From contig JALHRQ010000016.1 of NCBI GenBank assembly GCA_022841375.1, forward strand, positions 2,166-66,165: 64,000 nucleotides of DNA, read 5' to 3'. Every line of letters begins with the position of its first letter. Positions within the stretch are counted from its first letter, which is position 1. This document shows, in pieces, positions 48,470 through 57,789 of this stretch. The notes under the pieces were generated by a model. The model was not told the DNA's origin. It made no database searches and was given only the letters and a program-made list of their open reading frames with translations. A program made the position numbers and the translations under genes. The DNA is from Burkholderiales bacterium (GTDB lineage: Bacteria > Pseudomonadota > Gammaproteobacteria > Burkholderiales > SG8-41).

Positions 48470-49908
48470 TCGGTGATCTCCTTGGTCACGGGTTGCAGTT
48501 CGGTGCGGCTGCGGCCGGCCAGCCAGCCCGGCAGGATCGCCGAGAACAGGCCGGCAGCGCCGCCCGCACGCACCACCATCAGTGCATCTTCATGAAACTT
48601 CGGCACCTGCTCGCCGGCACGGCTCGCGGGTATGCCCTCGCCGACGCCATCCGCACCCGCCACCAGTTCGGCACCGGGGCGTATGGTCGCCTCATACAGC
48701 GCGCGCTCGATGCGTGCGCGATCCCAGCCGGCGTCGCGATAAATTCCGTAATGCTCCGGCGACAGCACGACGATCGCCCGCGCCGACTGCACCAGTTTCG
48801 GGTGGCCGATTTTTACCAGCGACATCGCAAACGATTTGGTCAGCGCTTCCGGCGTGCGTGATTTCTGGTCGACAAACGCTTCCGGGCCATGGCCCTGGAA
48901 CAGCGTGACCGCGGAAGCCCCCGGTTTGATGCCGCGCGCCTGCGCCAGCGGCTGCCACGCAGAATCCGACTCATCTTCGGCAAAACACAGCGTGTATTTG
49001 CTCGGCGCGCCCAGCGTTGATCGATCCACTTCACCGGGGCGGCCGCCGCCGACATTGCGCACAATCAGGTTCAGTGCGCGGCCGATGGTGGCATTGGCGC
49101 GATTGCCCTGGCCCAGCGCATTGATGCCACTGTTCATGCCGATGCGTTTGGCCACAGGGCCATTAACGATAATCACCGGCGACGAGAAATAGGTCGTCGC
49201 CAGCACACCGTGCAGGGTGAACAGCGGCTCCAGCGCCGCCTCAATTGCCGCCAGCAGCACCGGCATGTATTCCGGTTTGCAGCCGGCCATCACCGCATTG
49301 ATAGCGACTTTTTCAATGGTGCATTCGGCGAGATTGGGCGGGATGCGGCCGACGATGTCATCGGGTTTCCACTTCGTGCCTTTCAGCATCGCCATCACCC
49401 GCTGGTCGGTCGGCGGCGTCACCGGCAGGCCGTCGGTCCAGCCGCGCTCGTAGCAGACCTCGACGGGATCGACGTACTCCCCGTATTCCACCTTGCGCGC
49501 CGCCAGCCAGGTCTCGCCTTTATGTTTTGCTTCCAGCCGCTCGGCCACCCCGGGCTCGAGTGAGAGTGACCCTCATCCCGGCCGCAGGATGGGCAGATGC
49601 GCACCGAGATCGGCGATGCCGGTCAGCCGCTGCCAGCCGGCACGGTCCCAGCCGACCACACGCTCCACTTCGCGCCCACCCTGGTAGCGGATCAGCGTCG
49701 GCATGGATTCAATATTGTTCGTCCATGACAAATCAAGATTACGGTCATCGACGACACCGGCCACACCCGCAGGAAACTGCGGATCATCCTGTGAAACGAT
49801 ACGGAAATCAGGCCGCTCGCCGGCAACGCGCCGCATTTCATTTTCAATCAGTACACAGGTTTCGCAGGCGCGCTTGGCAAACACCACCAGTCCGTCTTTC
49901 TTCAACAT
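48466..49908 (-). CDS. Thioredoxin-fold (CETC) fusion selenoprotein (480 aa, Sec112 from in-frame UGA at 49573-49575) with a large C-terminal domain of unknown function
   Basis: ORFs 49573-49908 and 48466-49548 are in frame: ...HLPILRPG-U-GSLSLEPGVAERL... RBS AAGGGAAGG at the 5' end; the stop overlaps the UGSC gene start (ATGA). Confidence 0.82.
49540..49560 (-). promoter_or_regulatory. Candidate bacterial SECIS element
   Basis: mRNA: UGA + 12 nt + CUCG a GCC cggggu GGC CGAG, a 7-bp bulged stem with a G-rich loop. Confidence 0.55.
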
Positions 49909-49938
49909 GCCTTCCCTTTCCGCTGCGTCCGCTGGTTG

Positions 49939-50886
49939 TCACTGCCTGAATATGCCCGAGGCGACACGCTTGTAATGGGCCGCTGCCTTCCTGAAGTCGC
50001 CCGCGGTTTCAGCAACTTCACCGAGCCAGAACTCCTGCTGCACATTGGTCGCCTGCATCTTCAGCAGCCCTGACACATCATGCCATGGTGAAAGCCGCAG
50101 ATAATCCAGGTACTTGTCTCGGTGTGGCGCCGAGAACCATGCATGCCAGGGTTTTGTTGCGCCGGTGTAATGCAGGATTTTAGGTGAACTGATGCCGCCG
50201 AGTGCGATATCGAGATCACGCTGGTATTCGGTTTTAAGCCGGTCGTAAACCATGTAGTTGTACTCAAGGCTTAGCCAAAGTATCGATTCAACAGGGACGA
50301 TTGCATTCAGGGCGTCCTGTTCGCACAATTTCAAGTCATTACGCGTCGCTGCGTAGGCCAGCACTTTGCCCGCAATATCTTGCTCACGCCAATGCGGCAG
50401 GTTGATCAGCATCAGGCCGGAGTTGAAGTATCCGGGTTTGCCGTTGAACCTGCGCCCGACCGGGTCTGGGCACACTCCGAGCGCCTTGCCAGCCACGGCG
50501 CTCTCAAACAGTCCAGAAACATCACCGTCTATAATCATGTCGGCGTCCAGATACAACGCGACCTGCGCAGTCGCCGGAGTCACTCGTGGGATCAGCAGCC
50601 GGAAATAATTGGCGATGGTAAATCGCCCCTGAACGTCGGCGCCCTCGAGATCCTGCCGATCTTGCGCGGATATCTGGTAAATCGTCACCGGCACGGCAAA
50701 ATTGTCGGACAGCGCATCGAAGCGTTGCCGGTTCTGCTGATCGACTTCGTCGGTAATGACAGTGATCGCCAGACCAGGGGCGCGATTGTTGGCCAGCAGC
50801 GAATAGGCGGTGACGCCCAAATACGGCAGGTAATTCCTGTCCGCGCAAAAAACCACATGGTATCTGGCGTTATTCGCGTTTTGCAT
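49939..50886 (-). CDS. Glycosyltransferase family 8 protein
   Basis: ADRNY, YFRLLIP, YLDAD (DxD), YFNSG, EQDALN and ILHYTG..KPW. Confidence 0.92.
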   Translation of the reverse strand: MQNANNARYHVVFCADRNYLPYLGVTAYSLLANNRAPGLAITVITDEVDQQNRQRFDALSDNFAVPVTIYQISAQDRQDLEGADVQGRFTIANYFRLLIPRVTPATAQVALYLDADMIIDGDVSGLFESAVAGKALGVCPDPVGRRFNGKPGYFNSGLMLINLPHWREQDIAGKVLAYAATRNDLKLCEQDALNAIVPVESILWLSLEYNYMVYDRLKTEYQRDLDIALGGISSPKILHYTGATKPWHAWFSAPHRDKYLDYLRLSPWHDVSGLLKMQATNVQQEFWLGEVAETAGDFRKAAAHYKRVASGIFRQ

Positions 50887-50987
50887 GGCCAATGTATTCC
50901 GGATCAGCGCTAGGCGAGGATGGCTATGGTGCCATGCAAAGCCGTTGCAGGTAACATAAAGGCATGCAAAAAGATCCGGTGCCCCGG

Positions 50988-51311
50988 ATGGAACCCCCAC
51001 TGCTGTGGACCTGTGTAGGCATGGCCCTGCTCTTTGGCTGCGCGCCGCTGCAATGGTACAAGGCCGGGACAGCGCAGGAAGACATCACCCGCGATCAAAC
51101 GAGCTGCACGGCCACGGCCCGCAACGAAGCCGCCCTGCAACGCGCGCCGATCCGCGCGCCGGCACAGGTCGTCAGCGACCCGCAAGGCCGAATTGTGGCC
51201 ATCAGACCGGCTGCGGCGGACTCGGAACGATTTGCCCTGGAACAGGATCTGATACGTCGCTGCATGCAAAATCTTGGCTACGTCCTGCAACCCCGAACTT
51301 CACCTCCATGA
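50988..51311 (+). CDS. Small putative lipoprotein
   Basis: Lipobox LFGC followed by W.K.G...D..C and CM..LGY; start uncertain. Confidence 0.7.
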   Translation: MEPPLLWTCVGMALLFGCAPLQWYKAGTAQEDITRDQTSCTATARNEAALQRAPIRAPAQVVSDPQGRIVAIRPAAADSERFALEQDLIRRCMQNLGYVLQPRTSPP

Positions 51312-51336
51312 TTCACCCCCATGAGCGCACACCTTC

Positions 51337-52260
51337 ATGACCGAACATTCGCCAAAACGCCGTACCCTTTTACAGGCTGGCGGCGCCGCCGCCGTGCTTT
51401 CATCCATGACTGAATTAAAAGCGGCCCCCGCCAATCTGATCACCCGCGCCATTCCACGCAGCGGGGAACGGCTGCCGGCCATCGGCCTCGGCACCTACCA
51501 GGTATTTGACGTGTCTGGAGCGCAGCTGGCCGGAACGGAACTGCCGGCCGTATTGCGTCGATTCGTCGAACTGGGCGGCGCCGTCATCGACTCCTCACCG
51601 ATGTATGGCAACGCCGAGGCCGCAACCGGCACGCTGTCCGCGTCACTGAAGGTCCGGTCATCGCTGTTCCTTGCCACCAAGGTCTGGACCTCCGGTCGCG
51701 ACGCCGGCATTCGCCAGATGGAAGATTCGCTGCGGCTGCTGCAGACCAAAACCATAGACCTGATGCAGGTGCACAACCTGCTCGACCTCAAAACCCATTT
51801 GCCGGTGCTGCGGGAATGGAAAAAAACCGGGCGCATCCGCTATCTCGGCATCACCCATTATCATGCCGGCGCCCATGCCGAGGTCGAAAAACTGGTCAAA
51901 ACCGGCGACTTCGATTTTCTGCAAATCAACTACTCACTGGACGAACCCGAAGCGGAAGCACGCCTGCTGCCGGCCTGCGCCGCTTCCGGCACCGCGACAT
52001 TGATCAATCGGCCGTTTTCCCAAGCCGGTCTGTTCGGCAAAGTGCGCGGCAAACCGCTGCCGCCGTGGTGCAGCGAACTGGATTGCACCAGCTGGGCGCA
52101 GTTTTTCCTGAAATGGATCATCAGTAACCCTGCAGTCACTTGCGCCATCCCCGGAACCGGTCGGGTCGCGCATATCGAAGACAACATGGCCGCCTGCACC
52201 GGACGGCTGCCGGACGCAGCGCTGCGTAAAAAAATGACCGCTTATTTTTCCGCCCTGTAA
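51337..52260 (+). CDS. Aldo/keto reductase with twin-arginine-like leader
   Basis: KRRTLL leader; IGLGT, DSSPMYG, ATKV, VHN and AIPGT; paralog of 45761-46720. Confidence 0.9.
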   Translation: MTEHSPKRRTLLQAGGAAAVLSSMTELKAAPANLITRAIPRSGERLPAIGLGTYQVFDVSGAQLAGTELPAVLRRFVELGGAVIDSSPMYGNAEAATGTLSASLKVRSSLFLATKVWTSGRDAGIRQMEDSLRLLQTKTIDLMQVHNLLDLKTHLPVLREWKKTGRIRYLGITHYHAGAHAEVEKLVKTGDFDFLQINYSLDEPEAEARLLPACAASGTATLINRPFSQAGLFGKVRGKPLPPWCSELDCTSWAQFFLKWIISNPAVTCAIPGTGRVAHIEDNMAACTGRLPDAALRKKMTAYFSAL

Positions 52261-52349
52261 CGATGGGTGGAAAAGATGCTTCTTCCAGCGCATCTCCTTA
52301 AACTGAAAACAGACTCCGATTACCCGTTTTTTTCCGCACCCCCGCCGAC

Positions 52350-53243
52350 ATGCCCGCATCCGCACCGCCCCGTACGTTCCGCACACTGCTCTGCATAATT
52401 GCCTTGATACTGTGTTCAGGCTGCAGCATGGTTCGTGTGGGTTACGGCCAGGTCGACACCCTTGCCGGTTGGATGGCACACGAATACTTCGATCTGGAGC
52501 CGCCGCAGCGCGACGACTTCTCGCGACGCTTTGAACGGCTGCACGCCTGGCACCGGCGCGAACAGTTGCCTGAATACGCCCGGTTCCTCGCCGAGACCAA
52601 AACCCGTGCGCAGCGTGGCATGGCGGCCGGCGACCTGTTGTGGCTGGTCGACGGCATGAAATCGCGTTATGCGGTGATTGCCACCCGCGCAGCCCCCGAT
52701 GCCGCCGAACTGCTGGCGGGACTGAGCCCTGCGCAAATCGACCACCTGCGGCGCGAATTCGATCGCATGAACCAGAAATTCCTCAAAGAGAACCGCAGCC
52801 AGGAATCAGTGTCTGCCAGGCGGCAGCACCAGCAACGAAACGCAATGAAGCAGATTCGCGATTGGGTGGGCCCACTGTCGGACAGCCAGGAAACCCGCGT
52901 CATCGCGCTGTTGCAGCAGGTGCCGCTGACCGACCTGCTGCGCCACGAAGACCGCCTGCGCCGCCAGCGCGAATTTCTCTCACTGCTGGAAACACGCCAT
53001 ATCGAGCGTGCGGCATACATGGAACGCGTGCGCGACTGGCTGGTGAATTGGGAGCGCAACCGCCCGCCGGATCTGGCCCGCAGCTTTGAGGATTCGTGGA
53101 AACGGCGCGCCGAGTTTTACGCCGCTGTCGACAAAATGCTCACCGCCGAACAGCGCACGCACCTGACGCACCGGCTGCAGGATTACATCGACGATTTGCG
53201 TTATCTGGCCGCGCAGAAGACGGCGATTGCACGAAACGACTGA
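52350..53243 (+). CDS. Putative helical lipoprotein (DUF6279-like)
   Basis: Lipobox CSGCS; W...YFDL, AWHRREQLP.Y and W.GPLS..Q pattern. Confidence 0.75.
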   Translation: MPASAPPRTFRTLLCIIALILCSGCSMVRVGYGQVDTLAGWMAHEYFDLEPPQRDDFSRRFERLHAWHRREQLPEYARFLAETKTRAQRGMAAGDLLWLVDGMKSRYAVIATRAAPDAAELLAGLSPAQIDHLRREFDRMNQKFLKENRSQESVSARRQHQQRNAMKQIRDWVGPLSDSQETRVIALLQQVPLTDLLRHEDRLRRQREFLSLLETRHIERAAYMERVRDWLVNWERNRPPDLARSFEDSWKRRAEFYAAVDKMLTAEQRTHLTHRLQDYIDDLRYLAAQKTAIARND

Positions 53244-53279
53244 GCTAAAATGCACCCTCTGAATGACTGAAATCCGTTG

Positions 53280-54437
53280 ATGCCCACCTACCCCGGCCCT
53301 ATCGATTCCAAACTGCCCCGCGTCGGCACCACCATTTTTACGGTGATGTCGAGACTCGCCGCCGAACACAACGCAATCAACCTGTCGCAGGGATTTCCGG
53401 ATTTCGACTGTGCGCCGGAACTGCGCGCACTGGTCACCAAATACATTAACGCCGGGCTCAACCAGTATCCGCCGATGGCCGGTGTCGCACCGCTGCGCGA
53501 GGCCATCGCCGCCAAAATCGAATCGCTGTACAACATCAACTACGACGTCGAACAGGAAATCACCGTGGTGCCCGGTGCCACCTACGGCATTTACACCGCG
53601 GTGGCGGCGATGATCCGCCCCGGCGACGAAGTCATCCTGTTCGAGCCAACTTACGACAGCTACGCGCCCGCCGTCGAAGTGCATGGCGGTGTACCGGTCT
53701 ATGTGCAATTGCGCTACCCGGACTACAGCATCGACTGGCAGGCGGTGCAGAACGCCATCACTCCGCGCACCAGACTGCTGATCATCAACACCCCGAACAA
53801 TCCGACCGCGACCGTGATGTCCGCCGAAGACATGCGCCTGCTCGAAGGCCTGCTGCATGGCACCGACATTGCAGTGATCAGCGACGAAGTCTATGAACAC
53901 ATCGTGTTTGATGGGTACAAACACCAGAGCGTCAGCCTTTTTCCCGGGCTGGCCGAACGCAGCTTCCTGGTGTCGTCGTTCGGCAAGACCTACAGCGTCA
54001 CCGGCTGGAAAATGGGCTACGTCGCTGCACCGCGCGAACTGATGGCGGAATTCCGCAAAGTGCACCAATTCAATGCCTTCGTCGCCAACGGCCCGTTCCA
54101 GTATGCCTTTGCCGAATACATGAAAAACCCCGACGCCTATCTGCAGCTCGCGGCGTTTTATCAGAAAAAACGGGATTTTTTTCTGGCAGGATTAAAAGGC
54201 TCTCGCTTCAAGCCGCTGCCCTCACGCGGCACCTTTTTCCAGAACCTCGCCTACGATGCGATCAGCGATGAGAAGGATACCGATCTGGCGGTGCGTCTGA
54301 CCAGGGAGCACGGCGTTGCGTCGATTCCGGTGTCGGTGTTTTACCGGCAACCGCCGGCGCATCGGGTTCTGCGCTTCTGTTTTGCGAAGTCGGAAGCCAC
54401 ACTGGCGAAAGGCGCGGAAATCCTCAGCCGCCTTTAG
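53280..54437 (+). CDS. ybdL: PLP-dependent class I aminotransferase (YbdL/methionine aminotransferase-like)
   Basis: SKLPRVGTTIFTVMS, AINLSQGFPDFD, NTPNNPT, SDEVYEH, SFGKTY.VTGWK and RFCFAK. Confidence 0.88.
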   Translation: MPTYPGPIDSKLPRVGTTIFTVMSRLAAEHNAINLSQGFPDFDCAPELRALVTKYINAGLNQYPPMAGVAPLREAIAAKIESLYNINYDVEQEITVVPGATYGIYTAVAAMIRPGDEVILFEPTYDSYAPAVEVHGGVPVYVQLRYPDYSIDWQAVQNAITPRTRLLIINTPNNPTATVMSAEDMRLLEGLLHGTDIAVISDEVYEHIVFDGYKHQSVSLFPGLAERSFLVSSFGKTYSVTGWKMGYVAAPRELMAEFRKVHQFNAFVANGPFQYAFAEYMKNPDAYLQLAAFYQKKRDFFLAGLKGSRFKPLPSRGTFFQNLAYDAISDEKDTDLAVRLTREHGVASIPVSVFYRQPPAHRVLRFCFAKSEATLAKGAEILSRL

Positions 54438-55749
54438 CCGTCCACGCACCACCGGTCAATGCGGCGTAGATGTAGATCACCGCAATACAAATCGCCGTCA
54501 TCTTGATACTGAACCGCCGGTTCATGCCCAACAGTTGCGCAAACGGCAAACCGTAACGCCCCGCCATCGCCAGCATGGTGTTCGACATCGGGCAGGCCGT
54601 CAGCCCGACACCCCAGCTCATCAGGAACACCATCGCCAGCAGCGTCTGATCCGGCTGCAGCGGCAAAATCCACGGCCCCAGCACCGACACCAGGATGATC
54701 GGATGCAGGCCCAGCCAGGCGCAGACATTCATCACAATCAGCACCAGGCTGGCTTCGAATGCGCCGAACCGCGAGAACGGCAGTCCGAGGTCCAGCACAT
54801 CAATCGCGCCGGTCATCCCCGCCGAGAGGATGCCGGCCGCCAGAAACAGCGTCAGCTCGCCGTGCATCCCGGGCAAGCGATTGTGGATATGGCGCAACAG
54901 CGTGGCGCCTGTGTTGCGGCCGCTGCGCACCAGCAGCGTCAACACGGTCACCAGAGAAGCCATCGCGGCAATGATCGCCAGCACCGACCACGCCGGTTGC
55001 CACTCATGAATGGCCAGTACGCTGATCGCCAGCACCGCCGGCACCCACAAGGCTTCGAGGTGCAGCGGATAACCGACAAAGTCGCGCGCACCGCCGTGAC
55101 GGGCCGAGGTCAGCGTAAACCAGGTGACGGTAATACCCGCCACGGCCACGGGTATGCCCCAGAAAATCAGCTGCGTCAGGCTGGCGCCGGGCGCTGCGGT
55201 CAATGCCGCAGCCATCGCGCCGTAAAACGGCGACCACGCCGCACCGACGATAAAGGCCTGCGACAGACCCATCGCCTGCTCCATCGTCAGTTTGCTGCGC
55301 GCGCTGAGACGGTCGGCAAAAATCGCCACCGCGGAAAAATTGATCACCGCGCCGAACAGATGCACGCCGATCATGGTCTTGAACAGCGCGCCGCGGCCGC
55401 GCTGCAAAGGCTCGGCGTCCGCGTCGTGGCTGACGGCGATCAGTTGCAGGAAAGAAACCGCAATCAGCATGCCGGACAGCGGCACGTTCTGCGTCAGCGC
55501 CATTTCGATCAGGCCGCTGCCGCCGCGCGTCATGCTCCAGGCAATACCCAGCGCACCGAGACCGGCCAGCGCGAGTACCATGTAGAGCTGGTGCGAAGGC
55601 AGGCGCGGCAGCAATAACAGGCAGGCCGCCCAGGCGATGACGCCGGTAATCCATGCCGGATAGCCGGGCAGCCAGACGGCTGCCACGACCAGAATGACAA
55701 CAGCTAAATAAAACCACGCGGCGACAGTGTCGCGAAGATTATTGAACAC
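54424..55749 (-). CDS. Multi-pass membrane protein (transporter-like, unassigned)
   Basis: 441 aa with more than 11 hydrophobic segments; AAWSPFY motif; I recognise no family. Confidence 0.75.
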   Translation of the reverse strand: MFNNLRDTVAAWFYLAVVILVVAAVWLPGYPAWITGVIAWAACLLLLPRLPSHQLYMVLALAGLGALGIAWSMTRGGSGLIEMALTQNVPLSGMLIAVSFLQLIAVSHDADAEPLQRGRGALFKTMIGVHLFGAVINFSAVAIFADRLSARSKLTMEQAMGLSQAFIVGAAWSPFYGAMAAALTAAPGASLTQLIFWGIPVAVAGITVTWFTLTSARHGGARDFVGYPLHLEALWVPAVLAISVLAIHEWQPAWSVLAIIAAMASLVTVLTLLVRSGRNTGATLLRHIHNRLPGMHGELTLFLAAGILSAGMTGAIDVLDLGLPFSRFGAFEASLVLIVMNVCAWLGLHPIILVSVLGPWILPLQPDQTLLAMVFLMSWGVGLTACPMSNTMLAMAGRYGLPFAQLLGMNRRFSIKMTAICIAVIYIYAALTGGAWTAKGG

Positions 55750-55790
55750 CAGGAAAAACCGCCAGGATTGGATCAGTGCATGGAATAACG

Positions 55791-55816
55791 CCCTTCGACA
55801 AGCTCAGGGCGAACGG
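55791..55816 (+). repeat. REP-like dispersed palindromic element (the 'PFDKLRANG' motif)
   Basis: CCCTTCGACAAGCTCAGGGCGAACGG in an intergenic region, recognised from memory as a widespread bacterial repeat; single copy in this window. Confidence 0.65.
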
Positions 55817-55916
55817 TTGTGGAAGGTCAGGATCCGAAAACACGCGTAATCGTGTGCCCAAGACCTGTTTCGGCATGCAGGCGGAATTGTGCCGCCGGCA
55901 TGCCATCACAATCCGC

Positions 55917-56690
55917 TTACAGCACGCCCGACAAACCACCGTCGACGTTTATGCAGCAACCGGTGACATAACTCGCGGCATCGGATGCGAGGAATGCAAT
56001 CACGTTGGCGACTTCTTCGGATTCGCCCATGCGTTTGAGCGGTACGGTCTTGCCGGTATCCGCATAATGCTGTTCGACCGTCTTGTTGTTGCGTGCCGCG
56101 CCGCGCTCCTGCTGCTTGGACTTGATTTTGCCGACCGCAACGACGTTGACGAGGATGTTGTCGGGCGCGAGTTCTTTCGACAGGCCCTTGGCCAGCGCCA
56201 GACCGGCGGCACGGCTGACGGTGGTCGGAAACATTCCGGCGCCCGGCTGCTTGGCGCCAACCATGTTCAGATTGATGATGCGGCCGCCGCCGGCTTTTTT
56301 CATGTGCGGGATAGCCGCGCGGGTGGTGCGCACTTGAGCCATGACCTTGATTTCGATGTCGTTTTCCCAGACCTTGTCTTCGACCTTGTCAAAAGCGATC
56401 TGCCCGGAGCCGCCGGCATTGTTGACGACAATATCGAGACGGCCGAAATGTTTCGCAGCCTCTTCGATGAAGCGCTCCATGTCGCCTTCCTTGGAGGCAT
56501 CGGCGACGATCCCCAGCACATCCCCGCCCTGTTTTTTCAGTTCTTCGGCAAACGCCTTGACCAGTTCGGCACGTCGCGCGCAGAACGCGACCTTCGTACC
56601 TTCGGCGACCAGACGTTCAACAGTCGATTTGCCGATGCCTTCGGTGCCGCCGGTGACGGCAGCTACTTTGCCACGCAGTCCGAGTTCCAT
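55917..56690 (-). CDS. SDR family oxidoreductase
   Basis: TGGTEGIG, VNNAG, GRIINL and FLASDAASYVTG..INVDGG; the canonical YxxxK is replaced by T..SR. Confidence 0.9.
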   Translation of the reverse strand: MELGLRGKVAAVTGGTEGIGKSTVERLVAEGTKVAFCARRAELVKAFAEELKKQGGDVLGIVADASKEGDMERFIEEAAKHFGRLDIVVNNAGGSGQIAFDKVEDKVWENDIEIKVMAQVRTTRAAIPHMKKAGGGRIINLNMVGAKQPGAGMFPTTVSRAAGLALAKGLSKELAPDNILVNVVAVGKIKSKQQERGAARNNKTVEQHYADTGKTVPLKRMGESEEVANVIAFLASDAASYVTGCCINVDGGLSGVL

Positions 56691-56793
56691 AAAGTGATCC
56701 TTTGTCGCAAATAACGGTAGGGGGTGCAGATTGTGACACATCCGCCGCGCCGGACTTTATCAGAGCGGCACAGTCACGTTAGACTCCAGCCCC

Positions 56794-57762
56794 ATGATTA
56801 TTGCGATCCCCGACGACTATCACAACCTTGTCCGCACGCTGGACTGCATGCGGCTGCTGCAAGGCCATGAGGTGCGCATCTACAACGATACCGCACCACC
56901 GGACGCCGACCTGGTGCGCAACCTGCAAGACGCCGAAATCATCGTGCCGATCCGCGAGCGCACCCGCTTTACGCGCGACATCATCAAGCAGCTGCCGCAA
57001 CTGAAACTGTTCAGCCAGACCGGCCGCAGCTGCCACCATATTGATCTCGAAGCCTGCAATGAACAGGGCATCGCCGTCGCCGCGGGCAGCCACGCATCGC
57101 CCTACACCGTCGCGGAACAGACCTGGGCAATGATCCTCGGCAGCCTGCGCGAAATTCCCGTTGAAACCGCATTGATGAAACGCGGCGGCTGGCGCAACCG
57201 TTTCAGCACCGGCCTGAAGGGCCGCACGTTGGGCGTATTTGGTCTCGGCACCATCGGCGCACTGGTCGCTGCTACTGGCTCGAGTTTCGGCATGCGCGTG
57301 CTGGTGTGGGGGCGGGAATCCTCGCTGGATGCCGCACGCGCCGCCGGTTATGACACCGCAAACAGCCAGAATGAATTGTTCGAGCAGTCGGATGTGCTGA
57401 CGCTGATGGTACGACTGACCAAAGACACGCGCGGCATCGTCAATGCCGGCCATCTGGCGCTGATGAAACCGACCGCCCTGCTGGTCAACACCGCGCGCGC
57501 CGAGCTGATCGCCCCCGGTGTGCTGGAAAACGCACTGCAAAAAGGCCGCCCCGGATATGCCGCGGTCGATGTCTACGAAAACGAACCGGTGCTCAACGGC
57601 AATCACCCGCTGCTGGAACTGGACAATGCGCTGTGCACCGCGCACAGCGCCTGGCTGGAACGCGATACCTACGAATTGTATTTTGGCGAGGCCTTCGCCA
57701 ATGCCGCAGCCTTTGCTTCAGGACAACCGCTGCGGCTGGTGAATACGCCGCGCAGCCGTTAA
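56794..57762 (+). CDS. D-2-hydroxyacid dehydrogenase family protein
   Basis: DDY, IRERT, GLGTIG, VNTARA and DVYENEP. Confidence 0.9.
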   Translation: MIIAIPDDYHNLVRTLDCMRLLQGHEVRIYNDTAPPDADLVRNLQDAEIIVPIRERTRFTRDIIKQLPQLKLFSQTGRSCHHIDLEACNEQGIAVAAGSHASPYTVAEQTWAMILGSLREIPVETALMKRGGWRNRFSTGLKGRTLGVFGLGTIGALVAATGSSFGMRVLVWGRESSLDAARAAGYDTANSQNELFEQSDVLTLMVRLTKDTRGIVNAGHLALMKPTALLVNTARAELIAPGVLENALQKGRPGYAAVDVYENEPVLNGNHPLLELDNALCTAHSAWLERDTYELYFGEAFANAAAFASGQPLRLVNTPRSR

Positions 57763-57789
57763 CGGCCGATCCCGGACATCGCCATGATG

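Noticed and set aside
47933..49908. Reading the two in-frame TGA codons as pseudogene lesions or as four separate genes
   Set aside because: Two independent stops, both TGA, in the same UGA-GGG-UCA context, each followed by a hairpin and with no other lesions, are better explained by Sec recoding.
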